NCBI GenBank assembly: GCA_044220955.1
Contig: JBGAQA010000152.1
Span: forward strand, 1 to 11,107
DNA: 11,107 nucleotides
Reading direction: 5' to 3'
From: Sandaracinaceae bacterium
GTDB taxonomy: Bacteria; Myxococcota_A; Polyangia; Polyangiales; Sandaracinaceae
In this document: piece after piece, positions 9,309 to 11,107 of the stretch
How positions within the stretch are numbered: position 1 is the first letter of the stretch
Layout: each line of letters starts with the position of its first letter
Translations under genes and position numbers: made by a program
Notes under the pieces: generated by a model
What the model was told of the DNA's origin: nothing
The model's input: only the letters and a program-made list of their open reading frames with translations
Databases searched by the model: none

Positions 9309-9743
9309 CTACTCGGCGGGGGCCGAAGATGCATGGTCCGCGGCCGCGTCGAGCCGCTCTCGCGTGAGGAACGTCTGCCAGGCGAGCTGGAGCTCGCTCG
9401 CCCACACCACGGGTGTGAGGACGCTCAGGACGACCACGGCGATGGCGAGCCGCCGGCGCACGCGCCCGTCCGCGCGCGCCCGCAGGATCCCGCGCACGCC
9501 GAGCCCGAGACCGCCGAGCAAGAGCGCGACGCTCGAGATCGTGAGCGCGCGGTGCAGCGCGCGCGTGCCGGGCTCGTCCTCGGCGTACTGCACGATCGAC
9601 CAGATCATGCGGAGCGGGACGATCCAGCTCGCCAGGACGAGCGCCATCGCCGTGCGCGCCAGCGGGGCCGGCTCGGTGCGGGCCGGCGTGGGCGCTGCGT
9701 CTCCCTCGGGCTCCTCCGCGTCGAACGCGCGCTTCTTCGTCAC
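9309..9743 (-). CDS. Small integral membrane protein (144 aa, about 3 TM helices)
   Basis: Three hydrophobic stretches; GTG start overlaps the upstream stop (GTGA at 9740-9743). Confidence 0.7.
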   Translation of the reverse strand: MTKKRAFDAEEPEGDAAPTPARTEPAPLARTAMALVLASWIVPLRMIWSIVQYAEDEPGTRALHRALTISSVALLLGGLGLGVRGILRARADGRVRRRLAIAVVVLSVLTPVVWASELQLAWQTFLTRERLDAAADHASSAPAE

Positions 9744-10492
9744 GGCCAGGCGATGGGATTCACGGTGGTCCAGAACGAGAACGCCACGTAGGTGGAGAAC
9801 GTGACCGAGCTCGACGTCGAGGGGCCCGCCGCGGAGGCGAAGTCGAACGCGGCCCCCACGCGCAGCTCGCCGAAAGGGCGCAGCGGCGTCGCGGCCGTGT
9901 GCGCGTAGAAGAGCCCCACCCCGCCGTGCCAGAAGCGGTAGTCGGCGAGGCTCAGCGACGCGTCGATTCCCACGAGGTTCCGCTCGCTGCCGCTGAAGAC
10001 GATCGAGAGCGGGATGCGCAGGATCGGGCGCACGGTCTGCGTGAGCAGGAAGTCGCCGGTCACGCCCGTCGCGATGCGCGCGATGTGCCCGAGGCGGAAC
10101 ACGATCGGCATCGACACGACGAGGTCGGTGTCGCCCGTGGTGACGGCGGGGATGGTCGCCTGGACGCGAAAGCCGAGGTCCGCGACCGGCGAGTGCCCGA
10201 CGCGCGCGGTCGCGACCAGCGAGGGGTCGCGCGTCCAGGGCCAGGCCACGCCGACCTCCAGCCAGTCGGTCAGGCCCACGAAGAGCGCGTTGGGCCCGCT
10301 GAGACCGAACCCGCCGCTGCCGACGCGCAGCACGACCGATTGATCGAGCCGGAACGTCCCCTCGGGGAGCGTGAGCGGGCGATCGGCGTAGCGGATGGGA
10401 AGGATGTGCCGCGCCTCGTCGCTCGCGCTCTCTTGCGCGCGAGCCGGCGAGGCGAGCACGAGGAGCCCGAGGACGAGGAGCGCCAGCCTCAC
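9740..10492 (-). CDS. Secreted, putative outer-membrane beta-barrel protein (250 aa)
   Basis: Signal peptide MRLALLVLGLLVLASPARA/Q. RPLTLP motif followed by alternating amphipathic strands (WLEVGVAW, GELRVGAAFDF, TFSTYVAFSFW). GTGA overlap with the upstream gene at 10489-10492. Confidence 0.75.
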   Translation of the reverse strand: MRLALLVLGLLVLASPARAQESASDEARHILPIRYADRPLTLPEGTFRLDQSVVLRVGSGGFGLSGPNALFVGLTDWLEVGVAWPWTRDPSLVATARVGHSPVADLGFRVQATIPAVTTGDTDLVVSMPIVFRLGHIARIATGVTGDFLLTQTVRPILRIPLSIVFSGSERNLVGIDASLSLADYRFWHGGVGLFYAHTAATPLRPFGELRVGAAFDFASAAGPSTSSSVTFSTYVAFSFWTTVNPIAWP

Positions 10493-11106
10493 GCGCGCCG
10501 ACGCCCGAGCGCGAGGGTGACGAGCCCGATCGCGAGCAGCGCGAGCCAGGTCGGGCGGCCCGCGGGAGCGGCGCTACACCGGTACGATCGACCGGTCCCG
10601 CGCTCGGAGGAGGCGCCCGGCTCGAGTCCGTCCGCCGTGTCGCAGACGAGGTCGCAGACGGGATCGGGCGCGCGGTTCACCTCGCGCGTGACGGTGATGT
10701 TGGTGCCGATGTCGCCGCCGCTGGCCGCCGAGAGCGTGAGGTCGGTCGCGAGCTGCGACGGCGTCAAGCGCGTGCGCAGGCGCGTCATGTACGCGTTCGG
10801 GAGGGCGGCCTGCACGATGGCCACGTCTTGCATCGCGGAGTGCACGTCCATCCCGGTGCCGCTGCGGAACGAGCCGAGCGCGGCGAGGCTCGGGGCGCGC
10901 GCGTACTCCGTCACCCAGTTCGTCAAGAGGCCCGTGCCGCGGAAGAGCGCGTCCTCGAAGCGCGCGTCGTAGTCGAACGTGCGGCTCGCCCAGTCGTAGG
11001 TGATCGCGGCGCGGTCGACCTCGGCGTTCGGGAAGTTCGCCGTCCCCATGCGGCCCTCGGCGAACACGTAGAGCTCGAGATCCACGCTCGCGCCGACGCC
11101 CGCCGC
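10489..11106 (-). CDS. C-terminal part of a DUF2330-like protein with MYXO-CTERM sorting tail; starts beyond the right edge
   Basis: Frame is open to the window edge. Motifs LELYVFAEGR..ANFPN, WVTEYA and YMTRLRTRL...DLTL resemble DUF2330 proteins. Tail RCSAAPAG...WLALLAIGLVTLALGRRRA fits MYXO-CTERM (Cys, TM helix, Arg cluster). Confidence 0.75.
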   Translation of the reverse strand, partial: AAGVGASVDLELYVFAEGRMGTANFPNAEVDRAAITYDWASRTFDYDARFEDALFRGTGLLTNWVTEYARAPSLAALGSFRSGTGMDVHSAMQDVAIVQAALPNAYMTRLRTRLTPSQLATDLTLSAASGGDIGTNITVTREVNRAPDPVCDLVCDTADGLEPGASSERGTGRSYRCSAAPAGRPTWLALLAIGLVTLALGRRRA

Positions 11107-11107
11107 G

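Noticed and set aside
9321..9332. GGCCGAAGATGC as a third copy of the repeat core
   Set aside because: Only a short mismatched match inside a coding region, with no extension; consistent with chance.

Overview
Very GC-rich window (roughly 70-75% by eye) with myxobacterial, Polyangiales/Sandaracinus-like hallmarks: a MYXO-CTERM tail, eukaryotic-type Ser/Thr kinases and a DUF2330-like protein. Gene order: partial 5' end of a probable FlhB/YscU-family gene (-); secreted, C-terminally anchored protein (-); PH-like membrane protein (+); Ser/Thr pseudokinase fused to a winged-helix domain (-); a DUF3105 lipoprotein / DUF4336 / transmembrane Ser/Thr kinase cluster (+); and a convergent cluster (-) of DUF2330-like MYXO-CTERM protein, putative outer-membrane protein, small membrane protein and cystathionine beta-synthase. 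The most notable structure is a ~65-bp direct repeat with a 30-bp perfect core (1303-1367 and 3750-3815). It brackets a 2.4-kb inward-pointing two-gene cassette (PH-like membrane protein plus pseudokinase-wHTH). Each repeat copy keeps one functional gene start and a decayed copy of the other. The cassette also carries a TTAA-N7-TTAA OmpR-type direct-repeat box. All family calls come from motif recognition by eye; no searches were run.
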